DNA of 64,000 nucleotides from the NCBI GenBank assembly GCA_049510745.1, contig JBEKYR010000018.1:27584-91583 (forward strand), read 5' to 3'. Source of the stretch: Verrucomicrobiota bacterium (GTDB lineage Bacteria; Verrucomicrobiota; Verrucomicrobiia; Limisphaerales; Palsa-1400). The notes beneath the pieces are model-generated. The model ran no database searches. It saw only the letters and a list, made by a program, of their open reading frames with translations, and was not told the origin of the DNA. This document shows positions 56,107 through 64,000 of the stretch, piece by piece; within the stretch, counting starts at the first letter, position 1; each line of letters opens with the position of its first letter. A program made the translations under genes and the position numbers.

Positions 56107-57888
56107 ATGACAGACCAAGCGCAAACGGGGGAGCGCGTCTATAAGGGAATTCCTGTTTCCGCCGGCATCTGCCAGGGCAAAGTCTTTGTGCTCCACAGGG
56201 CGCAGAGCCAGATTCCCAAGTACGATGTCGCCGAGGCGGACCTGCCGCGCGAAATCCAGCGCTTCCAGCAGGCCCTCCTTCTGACCCGCCAGCAAATCCT
56301 GGAGGTGCAGCGCAAAGTCAGCCAGGCCCTCAACGCCCAGGAAGCCCGCATCTTCGACGCCCATTTGCTCGTCCTGGAAGACCCCACCCTCATTGACTCG
56401 GTCACCGAGATGATCCAATCCCGCAAGATCAATGTCGAGGCCGCCTTCCACGAATTCACCGAGAAATACACCGCCACCTTGAGCGCGATTGACGACGCCT
56501 ATTTGCGCGAGCGGGCGGCCGACCTGCGCGACGTCAGTTCGCGCCTGATGAATAACCTGCTGGGCTGCCACGAACATTCCGAGCTGCAAAACTTGCGCGA
56601 ACCGTGCATTGTCATCAGCGAGGATTTGTCCCCCTCCGAAGCGTCCCTCCTGGATCGGAAAGTGGTGCTGGGCTTTGCCACCGAGGCCGGCAGCAAGACC
56701 TCCCACACCGCCATCATGGCCCGCTCCCTCCAGATTCCGGCCATCGTCGGACTCAAGGACGCCAGCACCAAAATCAAGAGCGGCACCCACGTGCTGCTGG
56801 ACGGCTATAACGGCTCCCTCATTGTCAATCCCACCGACCAATCCCTCTTCGAATACGGCCAGTTGATTCGCCGGCACGCCTCCATCGAAGAAAAGCTCCA
56901 GGCCATCCAGAGTCTGTCCGCCATCACCCTCTGTGGGAAATCCATCACTCTTTCCGCCAACATCGAACAGACCGGCGACATCGCGGCGGTCAAGGCTTTC
57001 GGCGCCCAAGGCGTGGGCCTCTTTCGCACCGAATACCTTTTCATCAACCGCGAATCCCTGCCCACCGAGGAGGAACAATACCAGGCTTACCACCGCGTCG
57101 CCGCCGAGTTGAAACCCAGCCCGGTTATTATCCGCACCCTGGACCTGGGCGGCGACAAATTCATGTCGCACCTCCAGCTTCCGCAGGAAATGAATCCGTT
57201 TTTGGGCTGGCGCGCCATCCGCTTTTGCCTCGAGCAGCGCGAGGTCTTCCGGGCGCAGTTGCGCGCCATCCTGCGGGCCAGCGCGGAGGGCAACGTCAAA
57301 ATCATGTACCCCATGATTTCCTCCTACTCCGAGGTGGAAAAGGCCAACGCCTTTCTCGAAGAATACAAGAACGAACTGCGCGCCGAGAAGATACCCTTTG
57401 ATGAAAACATCGAAGTCGGCGTCATGATTGAAATCCCCTCCGCCGCCGTGGCGGCGGACACCCTGGCCAAACGCGTCAAGTTTTTCAGCATCGGGACCAA
57501 CGACCTCATCCAGTACTCGCTGGCCGTCGATCGCCTCAACGAGCGCATCGCCCAACTCTATGAACCGACCCATCCGGCCGTCTTGCGCTTGATCAAATCG
57601 ACCACCGCGGCCGCCGAGCGGCACGGCATCTGGTGCGGCCTATGCGGCGAAATGGCGGGCGATCCCCTTCTCACCCCCCTCTTGCTCGGTTTGGGCGTCA
57701 CCGAGTTGAGCCTCGCCGCCCCGCTCGTGCCCGCGGTCAAATACCTCATCCGCCGCCTCAAGTTGGACGATGCCCGCGAACTAGCCGCCTTTGCCTTGCA
57801 ATGCGAATCGGGCAAGGAAATCCTGGAACGTTCCCAGGCGCTGGCCCGCCGGATTGCCCCAAGCCTCTTTGAGAATCAAACGCCTTGA
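56107..57888 (+). CDS. ptsI: PTS enzyme I (phosphoenolpyruvate-protein phosphotransferase)
   Basis: TSHTAIMARS (phospho-His), GLFRTE, EMNPFLGWRAIR, SIGTNDL.QY, CGEMAG. Confidence 0.95.
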   Translation: MTDQAQTGERVYKGIPVSAGICQGKVFVLHRAQSQIPKYDVAEADLPREIQRFQQALLLTRQQILEVQRKVSQALNAQEARIFDAHLLVLEDPTLIDSVTEMIQSRKINVEAAFHEFTEKYTATLSAIDDAYLRERAADLRDVSSRLMNNLLGCHEHSELQNLREPCIVISEDLSPSEASLLDRKVVLGFATEAGSKTSHTAIMARSLQIPAIVGLKDASTKIKSGTHVLLDGYNGSLIVNPTDQSLFEYGQLIRRHASIEEKLQAIQSLSAITLCGKSITLSANIEQTGDIAAVKAFGAQGVGLFRTEYLFINRESLPTEEEQYQAYHRVAAELKPSPVIIRTLDLGGDKFMSHLQLPQEMNPFLGWRAIRFCLEQREVFRAQLRAILRASAEGNVKIMYPMISSYSEVEKANAFLEEYKNELRAEKIPFDENIEVGVMIEIPSAAVAADTLAKRVKFFSIGTNDLIQYSLAVDRLNERIAQLYEPTHPAVLRLIKSTTAAAERHGIWCGLCGEMAGDPLLTPLLLGLGVTELSLAAPLVPAVKYLIRRLKLDDARELAAFALQCESGKEILERSQALARRIAPSLFENQTP

Positions 57889-57891
57889 ACT

Positions 57892-58656
57892 ATGAAAGTG
57901 CTTATCCTGGCCGCTGGCTACGCCACCCGCCTCTACCCTCTGACCCTGACCCAACCCAAGCCCCTGCTCCCCGTGGCCGGGAAACCGATGATTGACTACG
58001 TGCTGGACAACATCGCCCCCATCGGCGGCATCGACCGCGTCTATGTGGTGACCAACGCGAAATTCGCCGGCCATTTCCAGAAATGGGCCGACCACTATCG
58101 CGCCACCAAATCGAAACTCGATTTCACCATCGTCAACGACGGCTCGACCGACGACAGCAACAAGCTCGGCGCCATCGGAGACATGAACCTGGTGATCACC
58201 AGGGAGAAGATCGACGATGACCTGATTGTGGTGGCGGGCGACAACCTTTTCGGCCAAAGCGTGGAAGGTTTTGGCGCCGTTTGCCGCGAAAAGAAAGCGC
58301 CCGTCCTGGCCGTCTTTGATGTCGGCAGCCTGGAGGAGATCAAGAAATACAATTCCATCACGCTGGACGCCCAGGGCAAAATCACCTTCTTCGAGGAAAA
58401 GCCCAAAAAGCCCGCCAGCACGCTCACCGGCATCGCGCTTTACTACTATCCCAAATCGGCCCTGCCCTTCATCCGCCAATACATCGCCGAAAAAAACAAT
58501 CCCGACCAGCCGGGCCGGCTGGTGCAATGGCTTTACAAGCGCACGCCGGTCTATACCTGGCGCGTCCCCGGAATTTGGTTTGACATCGGCTCGAAGGAAA
58601 GCCTGGAAGAGGCCAACCGCATTTTCGCCTCATCGAAAGGCGTTCAGCGGAGTTGA
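57892..58656 (+). CDS. sugar-phosphate nucleotidyltransferase family protein
   Basis: ILAAGYATRLYPLT...PKPLL, GDN, EKP, WFDIG. Confidence 0.9.
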   Translation: MKVLILAAGYATRLYPLTLTQPKPLLPVAGKPMIDYVLDNIAPIGGIDRVYVVTNAKFAGHFQKWADHYRATKSKLDFTIVNDGSTDDSNKLGAIGDMNLVITREKIDDDLIVVAGDNLFGQSVEGFGAVCREKKAPVLAVFDVGSLEEIKKYNSITLDAQGKITFFEEKPKKPASTLTGIALYYYPKSALPFIRQYIAEKNNPDQPGRLVQWLYKRTPVYTWRVPGIWFDIGSKESLEEANRIFASSKGVQRS

Positions 58657-58687
58657 TTTGGCCGCCTCCAGGATGTAGAGTGGCCCC

Positions 58688-58918
58688 ATGCGACCTGAAG
58701 ACATACGGGAATTACGCGATGCCCAGCCATTTGTGCCGTTCCGCATTTGTTTGACAGACGGCAAGAGCTACGATGTGCCGCACCGGGACTTTCTGATGAT
58801 CGCGCGCGCAGTCATAGACATCGGCGTCTCCAGCCATCCGGACCACGGCGTTTATGATCAGATTGTGCGGGTTTCTCCGCTGCATATCGTGCGAGTCGAA
58901 AACCTGCAGGCGGCGTAA
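58688..58918 (+). CDS. small hypothetical protein
   Basis: 'QPFVPFRICLTDGKSYDVPHRD' type, 76 aa. Confidence 0.65.
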   Translation: MRPEDIRELRDAQPFVPFRICLTDGKSYDVPHRDFLMIARAVIDIGVSSHPDHGVYDQIVRVSPLHIVRVENLQAA

Positions 58919-59220
58919 ATGACCGGGCTCTACTCGAGGGCAAAACCGATCTGAAGTCAGAGGCCCCCAATTGTGCTAATGCCGAAGATTAGGCTCTCCC
59001 AATTCGTGAAAAATTTCATAAAGTCCCTTGCCAGTTGCGGCGGAACGGCTTAAAGAAAACCGGCGGCGAAAAAGCTGGGTTGTCGTGTGGCCCGGTTCGT
59101 TGATGCTGCCGTTCGTTGCGACAGCGATGGGAAATGGGGTTGACGGGATTCGGCCCGGCAAGAAGAATCGAGGGCGTTTTTATTTTCAGAACGGTTTGAG
59201 ACGCAGAAAAACAGGCTGAG

Positions 59221-59874
59221 ATGTCGGACATTTTTCCAAAGTGGACCAACCATCTGCCGCGCCAGATCATTATTGGCGCGCTGCTGGCGGGCACCGCTGT
59301 GACGGGCGCGGTCACCTATTATTTCACGCCCAAATACACGCGGGTCGGTTACCAACCGATTCAGCCGGTGGCCTTTCCGCACAGCGTCCACGTGGAGCAA
59401 CTGGGGCTGGACTGCCGCTATTGCCATAACGGGGTCGAGAAATCGTGGTATTCCAACATCCCGGCGACGTCCACTTGCATGAATTGCCATAACCAGGTGT
59501 TGAAGGATGATCCGCGCCTGGCGGTGGTGCGGGAGAGCGCCGCCGACGGCCGCCCCATCCCGTGGGTGCAAATCCACAAAATGCCCGATTACGTCTATTT
59601 CAACCATTCGGTCCACGTCAACCGGGGGGTCAGTTGTGTGGAGTGCCACGGGCAGATCAACCAGATGGACGAGGTTTACCACGCCAAGCCGTTGAGCATG
59701 TCGTATTGCCTGGATTGCCACCGCAACCCCGCGGCGCGGCTGCGGCCCCTGGAGAAGATCACCGACCTGGATTGGAAGGCGGCGAGCGCCGACCAGCAGT
59801 TGGCCCTGGGCAAGAGATTTGTTCACGACTGGGGGGTGCAGTCGTTGCAGAATTGTTCGACGTGTCATCGATGA
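59221..59874 (+). CDS. actA: alternative complex III pentaheme cytochrome c subunit
   Basis: N-terminal TM plus five CxxCH motifs (CRYCH, CMNCH, CVECH, CLDCH, CSTCH). Confidence 0.9.
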   Translation: MSDIFPKWTNHLPRQIIIGALLAGTAVTGAVTYYFTPKYTRVGYQPIQPVAFPHSVHVEQLGLDCRYCHNGVEKSWYSNIPATSTCMNCHNQVLKDDPRLAVVRESAADGRPIPWVQIHKMPDYVYFNHSVHVNRGVSCVECHGQINQMDEVYHAKPLSMSYCLDCHRNPAARLRPLEKITDLDWKAASADQQLALGKRFVHDWGVQSLQNCSTCHR

Positions 59875-62800
59875 AAACAATTCCCCCATCTTGTCCCGAA
59901 CCGGAGACAGGCCCCAAGTATTGGCGGAGCCTGGAGCAAGTGGCCGAGACCGCGGAATTCCGCCAGTGGGTGGAGCGCGAATTTCCCGCCGGGGCCAGCG
60001 AGTGGACCGACCCGGTGTCCCGCCGCAATTTCGTCAAGATCATGTCAGCCTCGTTCCTTTTGGCCGGCTTGGGCGCGACGGGCTGCCGACGGCCCGTGGA
60101 GAAGATTTATCCGTTTGCGAAGATGCCGGAGAATTATGTGCATGGCGTGCCGCAATACTTTGCCACCGCCATGCCGACGCGGCGTAGCGCGGTGCCGTTA
60201 ATCGTCAAGTCGAACGATGGGCGCCCGACCAAGATCGAGGGCAACCCGGACCTGCCCGGCGGCAACGGCGGCACGGATGCGCTGGCCCAGGCCGCGGTGC
60301 TGGGCCTTTACGACCCGGACCGCGCCATGCGCTTCGCCCGCAACGGCTCGGACGCCAGCCGCCAGGCGGCGCTGGACGCCCTGACGGCGTTGAGCAAGAC
60401 GGCGGGTGACGGCAGCGGGCTGGCGTTTTTGCTCGAACAAAGCAGTTCGCCGTCGCGCGACCGTCTGCAAGAGGCCATTGCCGGAAAATTTCCCAAGGCG
60501 CGCTGGGCTGTTTACGAGCCGGTCGATCTGGATTTGGGCCGTCAGGCCGCGTCGCTGGCCTACAACGCGCCGGTCGAGCCGTTTTACAAGCTGGACCAGG
60601 CCCGTGTGATTGTGTCGCTGGATTGCGATTTCATCGGCAGCGAGGAAAACGCGCACGACAACATCCGCCGCTTCGCGCAGGGGCGGGCGTTGAACGGCAA
60701 GGAAGATGCGATGAGCCGGCTTTACGCGGTCGAGAGCCTGTTCACCCTGACGGGCCTGAACGCGGACCATCGGCTGCGCGTGCCGCCGAGCCAGATCGTT
60801 GCGGTGCTGGCCCGGCTGGCCCGGAGAGTTCTCGGCTCCTCGGACATCAGCGCCAAATTGGACGAGCTTGGCGCGCCGGCCCAGGCGCACGACAATTGGA
60901 TTGGTCCATGCGCCGATGATCTCATCGCAAATAAGGGCAAGAGCCTGGTGCTGGCCGGGTATCGTTTGCCGCTGGCCGCGCATCTGCTGGTCATCGCCAT
61001 CAACGAAGCGCTGGGCGCGGTCAATCACACAATCGAATATCATGCCGCGCCGGCTTCCAAGGAAGGCACGCTGGCCGATCTGGCGGCCGCGCTCAACGGC
61101 GGCCAAGTGCGGACACTGGTGATTCTGGGCGGCAACCCCGCCTACAACGCGCCCGCCGACCTGAATTGGCCGCAGGCGCAGGCGAAGGCAAAGACGGTCG
61201 TCCGCCTGGGCTACTATGAGGACGAAACAGCCTGGAACCCGGCGTTGCACGCCGACACGCAATGGGACCTGCCGCAGGCGCATTTTCTCGAATCCTGGGG
61301 CGACGCGCGCACGGCGGATGGGACCTTGGCGCCGATTCAGCCGCTGATCGACCCGATCTTCGGCGGGATGACGGAGCTGGAAGTTCTCGCCTTGATTGGC
61401 GGGTTGACGCCCAACACTTCGTACGAAATTGCGCGGGAAACGTTTCGCGCCATCGGCGGCGACAGCGAAAATAATTGGAGAAAATTTTTGCACGACGGCT
61501 ATTTGGCCGGCAGCGCCGCCCCGGCGGCCACCGTGCAGCACGACGGGGCGATGTTGGCCACGGCGCTGAAGGAATTGGAACACGCGCCGACGCCAGGCGC
61601 GCTGGAGGTCGTTTTCTATCGGGACGCGAAAGTGGATGACGGCCGTTACAACAACAACGGCTGGCTGCAGGAGCTGCCCGATCCGATCACGAAATTGACG
61701 TGGGACAATGCGGTTTTGCTCAGCCCGGCGACGGCCAGGCGTTTGGGCGTCGATACCAGGAAGCGCAACGGACAGAATCAGAAGTTTTTCGAGCACACCG
61801 TCCAGGTCAAACTGGGCAATCGCACCATCAAGGGGCCGGTGTGGGTCCAGCCGGGAATGGCCGACGACACCATTGGCCTGGCTCTCGGCTACGGGCGCGA
61901 CAGGACGGGGCGCGTCGGGCGCGGCACCGGTTTCAATGCCTACAAACTACGAACCAGCGAAATTGGGTATTACGCCTCGGGCGCGGAGATCACTGACACC
62001 GGCGACACGAGCTACGAGCTGGCCACGACGCAAAGCCATTGGAGCATGGAAGGCCGGCCCGTCGTGCGGGAGGCGAACCTGGAGCAGTACCGCAAGAATC
62101 CGGCTTTCGCGAAAAAGATGAAACCGGAAGAGCCGCCGGTGGTCTCGCCGCTTTACCCAAATCCGCTGGACACGACCAAGGCCAACGGCCTGCATCAGTG
62201 GGGCATGTCGATCGACTTGAACCGGTGCGTGGGCTGTTCGGCCTGCATGGTGGCCTGTCAAAGCGAAAACAACATCCCGATCGTGGGCAAGGAGATGGTG
62301 GGCAAGAGCCGCGAAATGCACTGGATTCGCATCGACCGCTATTACGCCGGCCCGGTCGAGGACCCGCAGGCGGTGGCGCAGCCGATGCTTTGCCAGCATT
62401 GCGAGGCGGCGCCGTGCGAAAGCGTTTGCCCGGTCAACGCCACGTCGCACGATGACGAAGGGTTGAACGTGATGACTTACAACCGGTGCGTGGGCACCCG
62501 TTATTGCTCGAACAACTGCCCTTACAAGGTGCGCCGCTTCAACTTTTTCGATTACAACCGCCGTCCGCTCAATCATCTTTACCAAAGCCCGCTGGTGACG
62601 GAAACGGAAGGCGAATGGGAATTGTTGCGCTGGCTCAAAAACCCGGACAAAGGGAATTTGCCCGAGGACCAATGGCAACTGGCGCGCCTGGTCAAGAACC
62701 CGGACGTGTCGGTGCGCATGAGGGGCGTCATGGAAAAATGCAGCTTCTGCCTCCAGCGCATCGAGCAGGCCAAGATCGCGGCCAAGGTCAAGGCGCGGGA

Positions 62801-63131
62801 CAGCGGCCATATCCGGCTCTCGGAGAAGGAGAACACGGCGCCCAAGACCGCCTGCCAGCAGGCCTGCCCGGCGGAAGCGATTGTTTTCGGCGACATTTCC
62901 GACAAGGAAAGCCGCGTGAGCCAGGCGAAAGAGCAGGAGCGCGCCTACGCGGTGTTGGAGTTCCTCTTGACAAAACCGCGCTGCACCTACCTGGCGCGGG
63001 TGCGCAATCCCAGCCCGCTCATGCCGGACTACAAGGAACATCCGATGCCTTACACGACGGAGGAGTTCAACAAGGGGGCTTTTTCCCCGCCTGAAAGCGA
63101 AGGAGAACCTTCCGAGAAAGGAGCGCTTTAA
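59871..63131 (+). CDS. actB: alternative complex III molybdopterin-oxidoreductase-like / 4Fe-4S subunit
   Basis: YWRSLE, Tat motif [17 protein letters not shown], ferredoxin Cys motifs; ATG 59871 overlaps the actA stop. Confidence 0.9.
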   Translation: MKTIPPSCPEPETGPKYWRSLEQVAETAEFRQWVEREFPAGASEWTDPVSRRNFVKIMSASFLLAGLGATGCRRPVEKIYPFAKMPENYVHGVPQYFATAMPTRRSAVPLIVKSNDGRPTKIEGNPDLPGGNGGTDALAQAAVLGLYDPDRAMRFARNGSDASRQAALDALTALSKTAGDGSGLAFLLEQSSSPSRDRLQEAIAGKFPKARWAVYEPVDLDLGRQAASLAYNAPVEPFYKLDQARVIVSLDCDFIGSEENAHDNIRRFAQGRALNGKEDAMSRLYAVESLFTLTGLNADHRLRVPPSQIVAVLARLARRVLGSSDISAKLDELGAPAQAHDNWIGPCADDLIANKGKSLVLAGYRLPLAAHLLVIAINEALGAVNHTIEYHAAPASKEGTLADLAAALNGGQVRTLVILGGNPAYNAPADLNWPQAQAKAKTVVRLGYYEDETAWNPALHADTQWDLPQAHFLESWGDARTADGTLAPIQPLIDPIFGGMTELEVLALIGGLTPNTSYEIARETFRAIGGDSENNWRKFLHDGYLAGSAAPAATVQHDGAMLATALKELEHAPTPGALEVVFYRDAKVDDGRYNNNGWLQELPDPITKLTWDNAVLLSPATARRLGVDTRKRNGQNQKFFEHTVQVKLGNRTIKGPVWVQPGMADDTIGLALGYGRDRTGRVGRGTGFNAYKLRTSEIGYYASGAEITDTGDTSYELATTQSHWSMEGRPVVREANLEQYRKNPAFAKKMKPEEPPVVSPLYPNPLDTTKANGLHQWGMSIDLNRCVGCSACMVACQSENNIPIVGKEMVGKSREMHWIRIDRYYAGPVEDPQAVAQPMLCQHCEAAPCESVCPVNATSHDDEGLNVMTYNRCVGTRYCSNNCPYKVRRFNFFDYNRRPLNHLYQSPLVTETEGEWELLRWLKNPDKGNLPEDQWQLARLVKNPDVSVRMRGVMEKCSFCLQRIEQAKIAAKVKARDSGHIRLSEKENTAPKTACQQACPAEAIVFGDISDKESRVSQAKEQERAYAVLEFLLTKPRCTYLARVRNPSPLMPDYKEHPMPYTTEEFNKGAFSPPESEGEPSEKGAL

Positions 63132-64000
63132 TGGCTGCCCAGCCGGTTCTCGACGAGCATTCGATGATCAAGGTGCAGGCGCCGCCCGCCGCCCTGGAGC
63201 GCGAGCCGCTGGTGGGCCAGCAACACGGTCCGGGCTGGCTTTCCGACCGGATCGCGGGCGTGATCGAAGGCGAAACGCCCGCCTGGTGGAAGATTTCCTT
63301 CGCCATCAGCGTGACGATGCTAACGGTTTGCTTTTCGATGATCCTTTACCTCATGTCAACCGGGGTGGGCATCTGGGGCCTGCAACATCCGGTCATGTGG
63401 GGATGGGCGATCATCAATTTCGTCTGGTGGATCGGCATCGGCCACGCCGGCACGCTCATCTCGGCAATTCTGTTCCTCCTGCGCCAGCGATGGCGGACGG
63501 CAGTCAACCGCGCCGCCGAGGCCATGACCATCTTCGCCGTCCTATGCGCCGGCATCTATCCGGCCCTCCACGTCGGACGCGCCTGGTACGACTGGTGGCT
63601 GTTGCCAATCCCCAACTCGAACTCGATCTGGCCCCAGTTCCGCTCGCCCTTGATGTGGGACGTCTTCGCCGTCTCCACCTACTTTACCGTTTCGGTGTTG
63701 TTCTGGTACATGGGGTTGATTCCGGACCTGGCCGTCCTCCGGGACCGAGCCAAGACCCGCCTGCGCCAGTTCCTCTACGGTTTGTTCGCCCTGGGCTGGA
63801 CCGGCTCCAACCGCCACTGGAGCAATTACGAGAAGGCCTACTTGATCCTGGCCGGCCTGTCCACCCCGCTGGTCCTCTCGGTCCATTCGATTGTGTCCCT
63901 GGACTTCTCGGTCTCCCAACTGCCGGGCTGGCACACGACCATCTTTCCGCCTTATTTCGTCGCCGGCGCCGTCTTCTCCGGCTTCGGGATGGTATTGACG
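63131..64000 (+). CDS. actC: alternative complex III NrfD/PsrC-type membrane subunit (partial)
   Basis: [50 protein letters not shown]; runs off the window. Confidence 0.9.
   Translation, partial: MAAQPVLDEHSMIKVQAPPAALEREPLVGQQHGPGWLSDRIAGVIEGETPAWWKISFAISVTMLTVCFSMILYLMSTGVGIWGLQHPVMWGWAIINFVWWIGIGHAGTLISAILFLLRQRWRTAVNRAAEAMTIFAVLCAGIYPALHVGRAWYDWWLLPIPNSNSIWPQFRSPLMWDVFAVSTYFTVSVLFWYMGLIPDLAVLRDRAKTRLRQFLYGLFALGWTGSNRHWSNYEKAYLILAGLSTPLVLSVHSIVSLDFSVSQLPGWHTTIFPPYFVAGAVFSGFGMVLT

Noticed and set aside
58935..59000. gggcaaaacc... as a possible c-di-GMP-I riboswitch upstream of actA
   Set aside because: Lacks the GNRA tetraloop and the GCAAA/receptor elements; an Rfam scan would be needed
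59562..59870. N-terminal extension of ActB in the ORF track
   Set aside because: Overlaps actA in another frame; ATG 59871 coupled to the actA stop is the likely start

Overview
GC-rich bacterial chromosomal window, most likely Verrucomicrobiota (inferred from gene content, repeat style and a C-terminal domain type; not proven). The backbone is housekeeping: TPR lipoprotein, DUF362, RmlD-like SDR, N-carbamoylputrescine amidase, Ser/Thr kinase, HU, panE, ispF, a sigma54 regulator, IMPase, SNF2 helicase, S53 peptidase, pgl, a 2-oxoacid dehydrogenase E1a/E1b/E2 cluster, nfo, hisH, rlmN, HtrA, RNase P RNA, efp, ptsI and the start of an alternative complex III (actABC) operon. Several lower-GC accessory islets are inserted into it. 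(1) A complete His-Xaa-Ser system at 20.1-23.4 kb (hxsA precursor with (HDS-HSS)x3, hxsD, and two radical SAM enzymes hxsB/hxsC). It lies between an IS66-type MITE with an 8-bp target duplication and a diverged duplicate of the SNF2 gene 3' end. (2) A stand-alone RloC-like Zn-hook ABC ATPase. (3) A TIR protein fused to an abortive-infection-type domain. (4) A mosaic hotspot at 40.7-44.9 kb with a truncated HNH gene, a trypsin-like protease, a PD-(D/E)xK nuclease and a unit bounded by 25-bp direct repeats. Also present are many orphan antitoxins, a pseudogene made by a 14-bp tandem duplication, and several families of palindromic short-period repeats. No CRISPR array, tRNA or rRNA was recognised. 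All family calls come from motif recognition by eye; no searches were run.
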